DNA of 63,638 bases, filler included. It is 6 parts of 6 records of this genome, joined end to end, with 100 filler letters (N's around TTAATTAATTAA, not from the genome) between each part and the next. Parts side by side here need not be neighbours in the genome. Positions count along the whole stretch, not along the records: positions 16,653 to 33,055 come from DRR723986_4265; 5 more parts are not named here. The stretch is one strand, 5' to 3'. Position 1 is the stretch's first letter. The number at the start of each line of letters is the position of its first letter. A program made the translations under genes and the position numbers. Under the pieces are notes generated by a model, which was given only the letters and a program-made list of their open reading frames with translations, did not search any database and had not been told where the DNA came from. Shown one piece after another: positions 19,980-30,883 of this stretch.

Positions 19980-21445
19980 CGAAGGCTTCTGCGACCGCGC
20001 CTGAAGACCGGGTGCCTTTCATTCACATGCTCCTCTATGGCGCTGGGGCATTTGTGAATAATCTGCTGGCAGGTGCGATCGGAAGCATGATGATTGTGCT
20101 AAATCTCGGTCTCGGCATGAACCCGGCGCTCGTCGGATTGCTGGGCGCGCTGCCCCGTTTTTTTGATGCCCTGACAGATCCGCTCATGGGGTATGTCTCT
20201 GACAACACAAAAACCCGTTGGGGACGGCGGCGACCCTATATCTTTGCAGGCGCGATTTTGGCCGGAGTTGTCTTTATCGCGCTCTGGCAATTGCCCAAGG
20301 GCAAATCCGAGACCTGGTACTTTTACTATTTTCTAACAGGCTCTCTTCTTTTCTATCTTGCCTATACCGTGTTTGCGACGCCATGGGTTGCGCTCGGTTA
20401 CGAAATGACGCCGGACTACAATGAACGTACCCGCTTGATGGGGACGCAGAATTTCATCGGCCAGCTTGCCTATTTTCTTCCTCCCTGGCTCCTGCTGATC
20501 ATGCAGGATAAACGCTTTTTCAGCGACATGGTGGACGGCGCAGCCGGGGTCTCCATCGGAATAGGCCTGTTCGTTATTGCGGTTGGAATTCTGCCGGCAA
20601 TTTTCCTTCGTGAGCGGCTGAAAAACGTCGCCATGGCCGAAATGCGACTGTCCGCGCCAAAGCCGCAGCAGTCCCTGCTGGAGATTGCAGGCGGACGCAT
20701 TTGGGATTTCATCACGGGCTTCGGCAAGGCGCTTTCCTTTGTGCCATTCCTGAAGCTCTGTATCGCGACGTTTCTGGTCTTTAATGGATTTATCCTGATC
20801 GCGTCGTTCCAGACCTATGTCATCATCTACTATGTTTTTGGCGGAGACACGGTAAAGGGCGCTGAATATGCAGCTTATGCCGGTACGGTTGCGACTTTCT
20901 CCACCTTCGGCGTCATTGCGCTAGTCACTTGGTTGGGAACCAAGCTCGGTAAGCGGAGGGCCTTTGCCATTTCTACGGGCTTGTCCATGCTTGGCTATGC
21001 CCTGAAATGGTTTTGCTACAGCCCCAACTATCCACTCCTGGTCCTGCTGCCAGCTCCGCTGATCGCGTTCGGCCTTGGCGGCCTGTTCACTCTGATGCCG
21101 TCCATGATGGCCGATATTGTCGACCTTGACGAACTGAAGACCCATGAACGCCGGGAGGGCATGTACGGGTCAATTTATTGGTGGGTGGTAAAGCTTGGAA
21201 TGGCCGCCGCCCTCGCAGGCGGGGGCTATCTCCTAAATGCAACTGGGTTTGATGTCGGACTGGGGGGGGCGCAGTCGGACGAGACCATTTTTTGGTTGAG
21301 GCTTTTCGACGCCTTCATTCCAGTGATCGCCTCAGGTTTGGCGATATGGTCGGTGGCAACCATGGCATTGGGGCGTACGCAAGCGCAAGAGGTGCGCGAG
21401 ACGCTGGAGGCGCGCCGAGCGGTCACAGCTGTTGTCGCACCTTAA
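19976..21445 (+). CDS. MFS glycoside-pentoside-hexuronide (GPH) family sugar transporter
   Basis: DALTDPLMGYVSDNT.TRWGRRRPY, DYNERT and RREGMYG motifs; ATGA-coupled to GH16. Confidence 0.9.
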   Translation: MTKASATAPEDRVPFIHMLLYGAGAFVNNLLAGAIGSMMIVLNLGLGMNPALVGLLGALPRFFDALTDPLMGYVSDNTKTRWGRRRPYIFAGAILAGVVFIALWQLPKGKSETWYFYYFLTGSLLFYLAYTVFATPWVALGYEMTPDYNERTRLMGTQNFIGQLAYFLPPWLLLIMQDKRFFSDMVDGAAGVSIGIGLFVIAVGILPAIFLRERLKNVAMAEMRLSAPKPQQSLLEIAGGRIWDFITGFGKALSFVPFLKLCIATFLVFNGFILIASFQTYVIIYYVFGGDTVKGAEYAAYAGTVATFSTFGVIALVTWLGTKLGKRRAFAISTGLSMLGYALKWFCYSPNYPLLVLLPAPLIAFGLGGLFTLMPSMMADIVDLDELKTHERREGMYGSIYWWVVKLGMAAALAGGGYLLNATGFDVGLGGAQSDETIFWLRLFDAFIPVIASGLAIWSVATMALGRTQAQEVRETLEARRAVTAVVAP

Positions 21446-21475
21446 ACGCATCAAAAAGACGGTATACAGAAAGAT

Positions 21476-23701
21476 ATGATCAGAGACGATATGTGCGCTA
21501 ATTCCAATGCAGGGACAGAAAGACGGCGACCAAATAGTTTGGAGGCGCTCCTATCGGAAATGACGCTGCAGGAGAAAATTGGGCAGCTTCAGCAGATTGA
21601 TGCCAGTGGAGAGTCGCTTTCCGAGGAATTTCTTGCAGCCGTCCGTGGGGGGCGTGTTGGGTCAATTATCAACCAGGTCAATGCAGATACCCTGAACCTT
21701 ATTCAGCGTGTGGCAGTTGAAGAGTCACGTCTTGGAATTCCTCTGCTCAATGCGCGAGACGTAATACATGGGTTCCGGACCATTTTCCCGATACCGATCG
21801 GACAGGCTGCGAGCTGGAACCCGCGTCTGGTCCAGCAGGCGGCCCGTTTTGCCGCTTTGGAGGCGCGTCGTAGTGGTGTTCATTGGACATACGCGCCAAT
21901 GGTTGACATTTCCCGCGATCCCCGGTGGGGGCGTATCGCCGAGAGTTTCGGTGAAGATCCCTGGCTATCTGGGGTGTTTGGCGCAGCGATGGTGAAAGGG
22001 TTTCAAACGGACAATCTTGGCAATCACGGTGCCATAGCGGCATGTGCGAAGCATTTCGCTGGATATGGGGCTTCAGAGAGCGGTCGTGATTACAATACGA
22101 CCAACATTCCAGACAATGAACTTCGTAATGTCTATTTGCCGCCTTTCAAGGCTGTAGCAAGTGCCGGCGTTGCTAGCTTCATGTCGTCTTTTGGGGACTT
22201 GGATGGTGTGCCTGCTACGGCTAATGATTACTTGCTCAGGCGGATTTTGAGAGGAGAGTGGGAGTTTGATGGCCTCGTCATAAGTGACTGGAACTCGGTA
22301 GAGGAGCTTGTCGTCCACGGATTTTCTGAAGATCGATGCGCTGCAGCCGAATCCGCTGCGAATGCCGGTGTCGATATTGAGATGGCAGGTGGCGCATACC
22401 GGGATCATCTCGAATATCTTGTCCAAGAAGGACGCATCACCATCGATGCAATTGACAGGATGGTGATGAATGTCCTCAGCCTGAAACAACGGCTTGGTCT
22501 TTTCGACAAACCCTACACGGTTGCTAGCGAATATCCTCCACTACTGTCGGGCGCCGCTCTTGAGCTTGCCAGGGAACTTGCTGCGCAAAGTCTCGTACTT
22601 TTAAAGAATGACGACAACGCCCTTCCTCTCAACCCCACCGAGATCAACTCGCTTGCCGTGATCGGACCGCTGGCAGATGCGCCCTTGGAGCAATTGGGTA
22701 CTTGGGTATTCGATGGTCATGCAGATGATAGCATCACGCCGCTCACGGCGATCCGGCAGAGATTTGGTGAGAAGGTGCCGGTTCACTTTGCAGAAGGCCT
22801 GTCTTTCTCCAGATCGCGCGATCAAAGCAGGTTTGATGAGGCTGTCGCTGCGGCAAAAGCAAGTGATGTGGCGCTTGTGTTTCTGGGAGAGGAATCGATC
22901 CTATCTGGCGAAGCGCATTGCCGCGCAGATATCTCCCTGCCTGGTGCGCAGGCAGAATTGCTCGAGCAGATCAGCAAGACAGGGACCAAGACGATTGCGA
23001 TCATTATGGCGGGTCGACCTCTTGTGCTTACAGAAGACCTGGGAAATATGAATGCGCTGGTATTTGCGTGGCATCCTGGTACGATGACCGGGCCCGCTAT
23101 CTGTGATCTACTTTTTGGAGATATAGCTCCGGGTGGAAAACTTCCCTTAACATTCCCAAAAGCTGTCGGTCAGGTACCGCTATATTACAATCATAAGAAT
23201 ACTGGCCGGCCGCCGGATGCTACGGGAATGGTTCTCATTGACGATATTCCAGTCGGCGCCCAGCAGACGTCGCTTGGCATGTCAGCTTTTCACCTCGATG
23301 AAGGTATTGAGCCACTTTTTCCCTTCGGATATGGACTGACCTATTCAGAGTTCAGCCTATCTGGTTTGCGGTTAAGTACCGAGAAAATGCGCAACTCGGA
23401 TCAACTCGTCATAACTTGCAACCTGACGAATACCGGAAAACGTAGAGGATCGGAGGTTATCCAGCTCTACATCCGGGATGTCGCCGCCAGCCTTACCCGA
23501 CCGGTACGAGAGTTGAAGGCATTCCAGCGGGTGACTCTTGATCCGGGTTGCAGTGAGCAGATCCGCTTTGATCTTACTCAAGAAGACCTCGCCTTTTCAA
23601 GACGCGATAAGACCATTGGAGCTGAGCCGGGTAGGTTCGAGGTGTGGGTCGCGACGAGCTCTGTAGGAGGGGAATCTGCTACTTTCGAGCTGCTGAAGTA
23701 A
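21476..23701 (+). CDS. Glycoside hydrolase family 3 beta-glucosidase (BglX-like, no obvious signal peptide)
   Basis: MTLQEKIGQL, DVIHG, RDPRWGRIAESFGEDP, KHFAGYG, nucleophile SDW, LFPFGYGL and Fn3-like C-terminus; start may be 21491. Confidence 0.93.
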   Translation: MIRDDMCANSNAGTERRRPNSLEALLSEMTLQEKIGQLQQIDASGESLSEEFLAAVRGGRVGSIINQVNADTLNLIQRVAVEESRLGIPLLNARDVIHGFRTIFPIPIGQAASWNPRLVQQAARFAALEARRSGVHWTYAPMVDISRDPRWGRIAESFGEDPWLSGVFGAAMVKGFQTDNLGNHGAIAACAKHFAGYGASESGRDYNTTNIPDNELRNVYLPPFKAVASAGVASFMSSFGDLDGVPATANDYLLRRILRGEWEFDGLVISDWNSVEELVVHGFSEDRCAAAESAANAGVDIEMAGGAYRDHLEYLVQEGRITIDAIDRMVMNVLSLKQRLGLFDKPYTVASEYPPLLSGAALELARELAAQSLVLLKNDDNALPLNPTEINSLAVIGPLADAPLEQLGTWVFDGHADDSITPLTAIRQRFGEKVPVHFAEGLSFSRSRDQSRFDEAVAAAKASDVALVFLGEESILSGEAHCRADISLPGAQAELLEQISKTGTKTIAIIMAGRPLVLTEDLGNMNALVFAWHPGTMTGPAICDLLFGDIAPGGKLPLTFPKAVGQVPLYYNHKNTGRPPDATGMVLIDDIPVGAQQTSLGMSAFHLDEGIEPLFPFGYGLTYSEFSLSGLRLSTEKMRNSDQLVITCNLTNTGKRRGSEVIQLYIRDVAASLTRPVRELKAFQRVTLDPGCSEQIRFDLTQEDLAFSRRDKTIGAEPGRFEVWVATSSVGGESATFELLK

Positions 23702-23921
23702 AAAAGGTGTCTATGCAAACGTCGTTTGATAGCCTGGTTCAAAGAAGACAAGATATGCTCCCCCGACGCGCGCCTCGAGATGTTGCAGCGAGTGGGGATG
23801 TGGGCGCCGGTTCAATGATTACTAAAATACTTGGCTTGGAAGGATCTGCCAGGTCAGCATTTTAAGTAATCCTCAAGTCATCCAGTTAGAGTAACGCGCA
23901 CTCGCAACAAAGGAACGCGGC

Positions 23922-25391
23922 ATGGCCAAATTCATACCGGTCGACCCTTTCGACATCGTCATATTCGGGGGAACGGGAGATCTTTCCCGCCGGAAGCTCC
24001 TGCCTGCACTGTTTCACAGATGGCTGGATGGCCAGATTCCCGAAAACAGCGCGATCGTGGGAACGGCCCGCTCTGATCTTGATGACAAGGCCTATCGGTC
24101 AATGGCGCGGGAAGCCTGCGAGAAAGCGACCGGTGAAAATTGGGACGACAAGGAATGGAAAAAGTTCGAGAAACTGATTCATTATGTCTCGATTGACGCC
24201 ACCAGTGCCAAGGCAGACTGGCCGCAATTGAAATCCAAGCTGACGATGGATGGTGACCGGGCCTGCGTCTTTTACCTGGCCACGGCGCCCAGCCTCTATG
24301 TCGATATCTCCAACGCCCTTGGCCGAGAGGGCCTCGCGACGGGCAACACACGCGTGGTGCTGGAGAAGCCGATCGGAACGGATCTTGAATCTGCCCGGAC
24401 CATCAATGACGGGGTGGGCGCGGTTTTCTCGGAGCGGCAGGTATTCCGGATCGACCATTATCTCGGCAAGGAGACTGTACAAAATCTGATGGTACTGCGG
24501 TTCGGGAATATCCTGTTCGAGCCGCTCTGGTCACGAAATTATATCGACCATGTCCAGATCACTGTTGCCGAAGATCTCGGCTTGGAAGGGCGGGCCGACT
24601 ACTACGACCGCTCTGGCGCATTGCGGGACATGGTACAAAACCACATGCTGCAGCTCCTTTGCCTTACGGCAATGGAGCCACCAAACCAGCTCGAAGACGA
24701 TGACGTCCGTACCGAGAAAATCAAGGTGCTCAACGCTTTGATGCCCATTCACGGTGAAGCCGCAAAGAAGCAGACCGTGCGTGGTCAGTACAAGGCTGGC
24801 ATGAAAGGAGGCGAAGCCGTAAAGGGTTACGCTGAAGAGCTTTCAGGGGATGAGAAAAGCACCACCGAGACTTTCGTGGCGATCAAGGCCGGGATCGACA
24901 ATTGGCGTTGGGCGGGCGTGCCATTTTACCTGCGCACCGGCAAGCGCATGTCACACCGGCATTCGGATATCGTAATCCAGTTCAAGAAAACGCCTCACTC
25001 ACTGTTCGGTGAAGGCAACGACATGGCCAACAGGCTGGTCATCCGCCTGCAACCCGATGAAGGTGTGCGCCTGTTCGTACAGATCAAGGAGCCGGGTCCG
25101 GGTGGTCTTCGTGTAAAGTCCATGCCGCTCAACCTGTCCTATGCGGAGAGTTTCACGGTTCGCTATCCGGACGCCTATGAGCGCCTGCTCATGGATGTGG
25201 TGCGGGGGAATCTGTCCCTGTTCATGCGCAAGGAAGAAGTTGAGGCAGCCTGGGCATGGGTCGACTCCCTGATCGAGGCCTGGGAGCAGGCGGGCGATGC
25301 GCCGGAGCCGTATCCTGCAGGAAGCGATGGGCCGCTGGCCGCAGCCATGCTGATGGACCGCGACGAACGCGCATGGTGGGAAGGTCTCTGA
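23922..25391 (+). CDS. zwf: Glucose-6-phosphate dehydrogenase
   Basis: GGTGDLSRRKLLPALF, EKP, RIDHYLGKE and WAGVPFYLRTGKR motifs. Confidence 0.97.
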   Translation: MAKFIPVDPFDIVIFGGTGDLSRRKLLPALFHRWLDGQIPENSAIVGTARSDLDDKAYRSMAREACEKATGENWDDKEWKKFEKLIHYVSIDATSAKADWPQLKSKLTMDGDRACVFYLATAPSLYVDISNALGREGLATGNTRVVLEKPIGTDLESARTINDGVGAVFSERQVFRIDHYLGKETVQNLMVLRFGNILFEPLWSRNYIDHVQITVAEDLGLEGRADYYDRSGALRDMVQNHMLQLLCLTAMEPPNQLEDDDVRTEKIKVLNALMPIHGEAAKKQTVRGQYKAGMKGGEAVKGYAEELSGDEKSTTETFVAIKAGIDNWRWAGVPFYLRTGKRMSHRHSDIVIQFKKTPHSLFGEGNDMANRLVIRLQPDEGVRLFVQIKEPGPGGLRVKSMPLNLSYAESFTVRYPDAYERLLMDVVRGNLSLFMRKEEVEAAWAWVDSLIEAWEQAGDAPEPYPAGSDGPLAAAMLMDRDERAWWEGL

Positions 25392-25395
25392 TCCC

Positions 25396-26106
25396 ATGAA
25401 GCATGAACTCTCTCACTTCGAAACACGCGACGCGGCGTTGGATTTTGCCGCGAAATTTGTTGCGGGAGGTCTGCAGCGCACCATTGCAGATCGGGGGCGA
25501 GCGGATTTCATGACGTCCGGCGGTTCGACGCCGGGCCCGCTGTTTGATCGCCTGTCTGGCTGGGCGCTACCGTGGGAAAGTGTGAGCGTCGGTCTTGTAG
25601 ATGAGCGTTGGGTGTCGACGGAGCGTGATGCTTCGAATGAGTCGCTCGTTCGGACCCGTCTGCTGACAGGAAAGGCGGGCGCGGCGGGGCTGGTGCCGAT
25701 GAAGACTAGTGCGGCCAATCCGCATGACGCTGTGGCGGATCGCAATGCGGCTTACACACCGCATTGCTCCCCTATTGATGTGATTCTTCTCGGCATCGGC
25801 AGTGATGGCCATACAGCCAGCTGGTTCCCAGGGTCGAAAGGGCTTGAGAGTGCGCTGGCGCCTGCGAACGGCGAAACAATTGCAGCTATTGATGCAACGG
25901 GTTGCTCCGGCGCGGGTTCCCATACACAGAGGCTGACTCTGACCGGGCCGGCGGTCACGTCCGCTAGCATGGCGTTGATGTTGTTGTTTGGCGATGAGAA
26001 GCTGGAAGTTCTCGAGCGCGCCCTGAAGGCTGATCCACTGGAAATGCCTGTCCGCTATGCCATCGACAAGCTCGGTCCGCGTCTCACAATCATATGGGCA
26101 CCATAG
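25396..26106 (+). CDS. pgl: 6-phosphogluconolactonase
   Basis: SGGSTP, VDERWV and LGIGSDGHTASWFP motifs. Confidence 0.93.
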   Translation: MKHELSHFETRDAALDFAAKFVAGGLQRTIADRGRADFMTSGGSTPGPLFDRLSGWALPWESVSVGLVDERWVSTERDASNESLVRTRLLTGKAGAAGLVPMKTSAANPHDAVADRNAAYTPHCSPIDVILLGIGSDGHTASWFPGSKGLESALAPANGETIAAIDATGCSGAGSHTQRLTLTGPAVTSASMALMLLFGDEKLEVLERALKADPLEMPVRYAIDKLGPRLTIIWAP

Positions 26107-27939
26107 ATGACCAAATTGCATCCGAAGATCGCCGAAGTCACAGAACGCATTCGCCAGAGATCGGCAGACCCGCGCGCCGCCTATCTTGAAATGATCCGTT
26201 CACGGCGCCCGAAAGGGTTTGCCCGGCAGCGTCTGACGGAGGGTAATCTGGCACACGCCTCGGCCGGGTGCGCCGTGATCGAGAAAACCCATCTCCTCGG
26301 CGCAGGCTGGCCGAACATTGGCATCATCACCGCGTACAACGACATGCTCTCGGCCCACGCACCGTTCGAGCACTATCCGGAACTCATCCGGGAGGCGGCC
26401 CGGGAAGTGAATGCCGTGGCACAGGTGGCAGGCGGTGTTCCGGCCATGTGCGACGGCGTTACGCAAGGCCAGCAGGGCATGGAACTGTCACTGTTCTCCC
26501 GGGATGTTATTGCGATGGCCTCTGCGGTGGGGCTCAGTCATGACGTGTTTGACTCGGCCCTTCATCTCGGCGTTTGTGACAAGATCGTTCCGGGTCTGGT
26601 GATCGCAGCGCTCCGCTTCGGCTGGATACCGTCTATCTTCGTGCCTGCCGGACCGATGCCGTCCGGGCTTCCGAATCCTGAGAAAATCCGTATCCGGCAA
26701 TTGTTCGCCGAAGGCAAGGTCGACCGCAGCGCTCTGTTGAAGGCTGAGGCAGAAAGTTACCACGCGCAGGGCACGTGCACTTTCTACGGCACGGCCAACT
26801 CCAATCAGATGCTGATGGAGGTCATGGGCTTCCATCTGCCTGGTGCTGCTTTCACCAATCCCGGCACGCCACTTCGCACGGCGCTTACAAAAGCTGCGGC
26901 CCATCGGGCAGCAGAGATTACGGCGCAAGGGGATCATTACTTGCCGGCCGGCGAGATCATCGACGAGCGCTCCATCGTCAACGGCATCGTCGGCCTGATG
27001 GCGACCGGCGGTTCAACCAATCACGCCCTGCACATTCCGGCCATGGCAGCGGCGGCGGGCCTGATCGTGACGCTGGAGGATTTTGCGGAAATCAGCCATG
27101 TCACACCGCTCTTGACACGGATCTATCCGAACGGGCCTGCCGACGTGAACCATTTCCATGCGGCGGGTGGCATGGGCTTCATTGTCCGCGAACTTCTGGG
27201 TGCCGGCCTGTTGAATGGTGACGCGCAAGGTATCGCCGGGCGGATCTCCGGCTATTCGCATGAGCCGTTCCTGGACGGGGACAAGGTTTCCTGGCGCCCC
27301 GCTCCAGAAGAAAGCGGCGATCTGGAGATTATCCGGCCTGCGAGCGATCCGTTCTCTGCCGATGGCGGTCTTCGCCTGATGACCGGACCTCTCGGCCGTG
27401 GCGTATCCAAGGTCTCTGCCGTGAAACCGGAGAAGCGTGTCCTGGAAGCGCCAGCTATCGTGTTTGAATCCCAGGAGGCCCTGAAGGAAGCTTTTGAAGC
27501 CGGGCGACTGGATCGGGATTTTGTTGCGGTGGTCCGTTTTCAGGGACCTGCAGCGAATGGGATGCCGGAACTCCACAGTCTGACACCGCCGCTTGGCGTG
27601 CTGCAGGACAGAGGCTTCAAGGTCGCCCTGGTCACAGATGGCCGCATGTCCGGCGCGAGCGGCAAGGTGCCCTCAGCAATTCACGTTAGCCCGGAAGCTG
27701 CCCGCGGAGGCCCACTCGCGCGTGTCCGCGACGGCGACATCATCGTTTTCGACGCAGAGAAGGGTACACTCGATATCAAGGTCGATCCGTCCGAATTTGC
27801 GGCTCGTCAACCGGCAGAGTTCCGGCCGAATGCCTCGTCTGTTGGCCTCGGCCGTGAGATGTTCTCCTATTTCCGTCAGATGAGCGGAACAGCTGACAGT
27901 GGTGCCAGCCAGTTCGCTTTCTTATCTGAGGAGGATTGA
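26107..27939 (+). CDS. edd: Phosphogluconate dehydratase
   Basis: [31 protein letters not shown] and [11 protein letters not shown] motifs. Confidence 0.97.
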   Translation: MTKLHPKIAEVTERIRQRSADPRAAYLEMIRSRRPKGFARQRLTEGNLAHASAGCAVIEKTHLLGAGWPNIGIITAYNDMLSAHAPFEHYPELIREAAREVNAVAQVAGGVPAMCDGVTQGQQGMELSLFSRDVIAMASAVGLSHDVFDSALHLGVCDKIVPGLVIAALRFGWIPSIFVPAGPMPSGLPNPEKIRIRQLFAEGKVDRSALLKAEAESYHAQGTCTFYGTANSNQMLMEVMGFHLPGAAFTNPGTPLRTALTKAAAHRAAEITAQGDHYLPAGEIIDERSIVNGIVGLMATGGSTNHALHIPAMAAAAGLIVTLEDFAEISHVTPLLTRIYPNGPADVNHFHAAGGMGFIVRELLGAGLLNGDAQGIAGRISGYSHEPFLDGDKVSWRPAPEESGDLEIIRPASDPFSADGGLRLMTGPLGRGVSKVSAVKPEKRVLEAPAIVFESQEALKEAFEAGRLDRDFVAVVRFQGPAANGMPELHSLTPPLGVLQDRGFKVALVTDGRMSGASGKVPSAIHVSPEAARGGPLARVRDGDIIVFDAEKGTLDIKVDPSEFAARQPAEFRPNASSVGLGREMFSYFRQMSGTADSGASQFAFLSEED

Positions 27940-27942
27940 TCC

Positions 27943-28905
27943 TTGGCAGAAAGAATTCTGGTCGGTGACGTCGGGGGGACCAATGTCCGCTTCGCCATCG
28001 CTCACCGACAGGATGGAAAGATCGTTGCCGATAAATTCGAAAAGTTCGCCGGCGATGACTTCCACCAGTTCGAAGAGGTGCTGAAGGCTTATCTTGATCG
28101 CTCAAAGGCGCGTGTAAAACGGGCATGTTTCGCCTTGGCAGGCCCTGTGCAGCACGGGGAGGTCATCCTCACCAATCGCGGCTGGCATGTGTCCGAACAG
28201 AAACTGCAAGACCGTTTCGGCTTTGAAGATGTTCGCCTGATCAATGATTTCACCGCAATGGCGCGCGCCGTGCCGGAGTTCGATCGCGCACATTTCGAGA
28301 ATATCCAGCCCGGCAAGGCAGAACCGGACGCGCCGATTATCGTTGCCGGGCCCGGCACCGGGTTCGGCGTCGCCACGCTTATTCCTGAAGCCGGTAACTG
28401 GAATGTGTTGACAGGCGAGGGTGGCCATATCGCCTTTGCCCCCCGTACCGATATTGAATTTCAGCTGACCCAAATCCTGCTGCGCAAGTTCGGTTATGTT
28501 TCCAATGAACTTGTCGCATCCGGCACCGGCCTGGCGCCCGTGCACGAGGCGTTCTGCGAGATCTATGGCCGTCAGGTTGAGGATCTATCGCCTGCCGAGA
28601 TACGGCAGCGCGCCGATGCGGGCGATGAGATGTTCCACCAGCTAATCCTCGTGCGTGCCTGTACGGTGATGGGCGCCGTGGGTGATCTGGTCTTGGCGAA
28701 TGGTGCGCTTGGCGGCGTCGTGCTGGCCGGCGGGGTGACCGAGCGGATCGTCGATTTCCTTCGCATGCCCGAAGCCATAGAGCGCTTCCATGAGCGTGGT
28801 CCGATGAGCGGCTATCTCGAGCATTGCCCCGTCGTGCTGATGCAGGATCCAGAAGCGCCGCTGATGGGCGCAGCGGCTTACTACGATCAGGAGCTACGCA
28901 AATGA
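27943..28905 (+). CDS. glk: Glucokinase
   Basis: TTG start after GAGGAGG; GDVGGTNVRFA, LINDF, GPGTGFG and EGGH motifs. Confidence 0.93.
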   Translation: MAERILVGDVGGTNVRFAIAHRQDGKIVADKFEKFAGDDFHQFEEVLKAYLDRSKARVKRACFALAGPVQHGEVILTNRGWHVSEQKLQDRFGFEDVRLINDFTAMARAVPEFDRAHFENIQPGKAEPDAPIIVAGPGTGFGVATLIPEAGNWNVLTGEGGHIAFAPRTDIEFQLTQILLRKFGYVSNELVASGTGLAPVHEAFCEIYGRQVEDLSPAEIRQRADAGDEMFHQLILVRACTVMGAVGDLVLANGALGGVVLAGGVTERIVDFLRMPEAIERFHERGPMSGYLEHCPVVLMQDPEAPLMGAAAYYDQELRK

Positions 28906-29543
28906 CGCCTTCTCTCACCGAGCTGAAACTCGCAGCTGCCAAGGCGCCGGTTGTACCGGTGCTGGTGGTTGGTTCAGTCGAGCAGGCCGCGCCGCTCGCG
29001 AAGGCGTTGCTGGATGGTGGTTTGACCATTGCAGAAGTCACACTCCGGACGCCGGCGGGGATTGGGGTGATTGCGGCGATGAAGGCGGCGGCGCCGGAGC
29101 TGATGGTCGGGGCCGGGACGGTGCTGAACGGCGACGATGTCCGCAATTCGGTGGAGGCAGGGGCGGATTTCCTGGTCTCGCCGGGCATGAGCCATGGGCT
29201 GCTGGCGGCGCTCGGCAAGCACAAGCCACTGATGATCCCGGGCGTTGCAACGGCCAGTGAAGCGATGAGCCGGCATGAGGAAGGCTTTGAATTGCTGAAG
29301 CTTTTCCCGGCCAATATTGCCGGCGGCGTTCCGGCGCTGAAGGCGCTGGCCGGGCCATTGCCGCATCTTCAGTTCATGCCGACGGGCGGTGTCAGCGCCG
29401 ACAATGCGGGCGAATACCTGGCTTTGCCAAACGTCGTGGCGGTGGGCGGCTCGTGGATTGCGACCAAGGCCGACGTTGAATCCGGTGACTGGGAAGGCAT
29501 CTCGCGCAAGGCCAAGGAGGCGCTTGGCGCGATCAGCTCATGA
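28902..29543 (+). CDS. eda: KDPG aldolase
   Basis: EVTLRT, GAGTV, LKLFPA and PTGGVS motifs; ATGA overlap with glk. Confidence 0.95.
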   Translation: MTPSLTELKLAAAKAPVVPVLVVGSVEQAAPLAKALLDGGLTIAEVTLRTPAGIGVIAAMKAAAPELMVGAGTVLNGDDVRNSVEAGADFLVSPGMSHGLLAALGKHKPLMIPGVATASEAMSRHEEGFELLKLFPANIAGGVPALKALAGPLPHLQFMPTGGVSADNAGEYLALPNVVAVGGSWIATKADVESGDWEGISRKAKEALGAISS

Positions 29544-29584
29544 TTATCGCGGACTAAGCCGGACCAATCCGGACTTTCAGACGA

Positions 29585-30883
29585 TTATGAGCGACCGAAA
29601 ACGCGCTCGAAAATCGTGTCGACCTGCTTGAAGTGATAGTCGAGGTCGAAGAGGTCCTCGAGCTGTTCTTTCGTCAGTTTCGCCATGACGTCTTCGTCCT
29701 TCTGGAGCAGATCCAGAAGCGGGCCTTCGCCGCCCCAGGTCTTCATCGCGTTGCGCTGGACCATGCGGTAGGAATCCTCGCGGCTGTTGCCGGCTTCGAC
29801 GAGGGCGAGCAGGACGCGCTGCGAATTGTGCAGGCCGCCCATGGAGTTCAGCGTCTTGAGCATCCGCTCCGGATAGACGACGAGGTTTTCGACCACACCG
29901 GCGAGGCGGTGCAAGGCGAAGTCGAGGTGGACGGTCGCATCCGGGCCGATGCCGCGCTCGACGGAGGAGTGCGAGATATCGCGCTCATGCCAGAGGGCCA
30001 CGTTTTCCAGAGCGGGCGTCACGGCGGAGCGCACGAGGCGGGCAAGGCCGGTCAGGTTTTCGGTCAGCACGGGATTGCGCTTGTGCGGCATGGCCGAGGA
30101 ACCTTTCTGGCCAGCCGAGAAAAATTCCTCGGCTTCCAGCACTTCCGTGCGCTGAAGGTGGCGTACTTCCGTGGCAAGGCGCTCGACCGAAGAGGCGATC
30201 ACACCCAGCACAGCGAAATACATGGCGTGACGGTCGCGCGGGATGACCTGTGTCGAGACGGGCTCGATGGCGAGACCCAGCTTTTCGGCGACGTGCGCTT
30301 CGATCTTCGGGTCGATGTTGGCGAAGGTTCCGACAGCACCGGAGATGGCGCAGGTGGCGACTTCTTCCCGGGCGATCAGCAGGCGTGCGCGCGCGCGCTG
30401 GAACTCGGCATGGAAGGTGGCCAGTTTGACGCCGAACGTGGTTGGCTCGGCATGTATGCCGTGGCTGCGCCCGATGGTCGGGGTCAGCTTGTGTTCAAAA
30501 GCGCGCTTCTCAAGGGCGGCCAGCACGCGATCGATGCCGCTCAGCAACAGGTCTGCAGCGCGTACCATCTGCACGTTCAGGCAGGTGTCGAGCACGTCGG
30601 AAGAGGTCATGCCGAGGTGCAGGAAGCGGGCAGGTTCGCCGACATGTTCGGCGACATTGGTCAGGAAGGCGATGACGTCATGTTTCACTTCCCGTTCGAT
30701 CTCGTCGATCCGGTCCACTTCGAAGGCGGCTTTCTCGCGAACTGCGGCCGTGGTGCCTTCCGGAATGATGCCGAGGTTTTCCATCGCTTCTGCGGCGAGC
30801 GTCTCGATTTTGAGCCAGATGCCGAAGCGGGCTTCAGGAGACCAGATGGCGGCCATTTCGGGACGTGTATAACGGGGGATCAT
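29585..30883 (-). CDS. purB: Adenylosuccinate lyase
   Basis: MIPRYTRPEM, HDVIAF, TSSDVLDT and GSSAMPHKRNP signature. Confidence 0.97.
   Translation of the reverse strand: MIPRYTRPEMAAIWSPEARFGIWLKIETLAAEAMENLGIIPEGTTAAVREKAAFEVDRIDEIEREVKHDVIAFLTNVAEHVGEPARFLHLGMTSSDVLDTCLNVQMVRAADLLLSGIDRVLAALEKRAFEHKLTPTIGRSHGIHAEPTTFGVKLATFHAEFQRARARLLIAREEVATCAISGAVGTFANIDPKIEAHVAEKLGLAIEPVSTQVIPRDRHAMYFAVLGVIASSVERLATEVRHLQRTEVLEAEEFFSAGQKGSSAMPHKRNPVLTENLTGLARLVRSAVTPALENVALWHERDISHSSVERGIGPDATVHLDFALHRLAGVVENLVVYPERMLKTLNSMGGLHNSQRVLLALVEAGNSREDSYRMVQRNAMKTWGGEGPLLDLLQKDEDVMAKLTKEQLEDLFDLDYHFKQVDTIFERVFGRS

Noticed and set aside
23702..23921. HexR or LacI operator, or small ORF, upstream of zwf
   Set aside because: No convincing palindrome; the 73-aa ORF overlaps the GH3 end and has no coding features.
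29549..29578. CGGAC three times at 10-bp spacing between eda and purB
   Set aside because: Too short to distinguish from chance; no supporting context.
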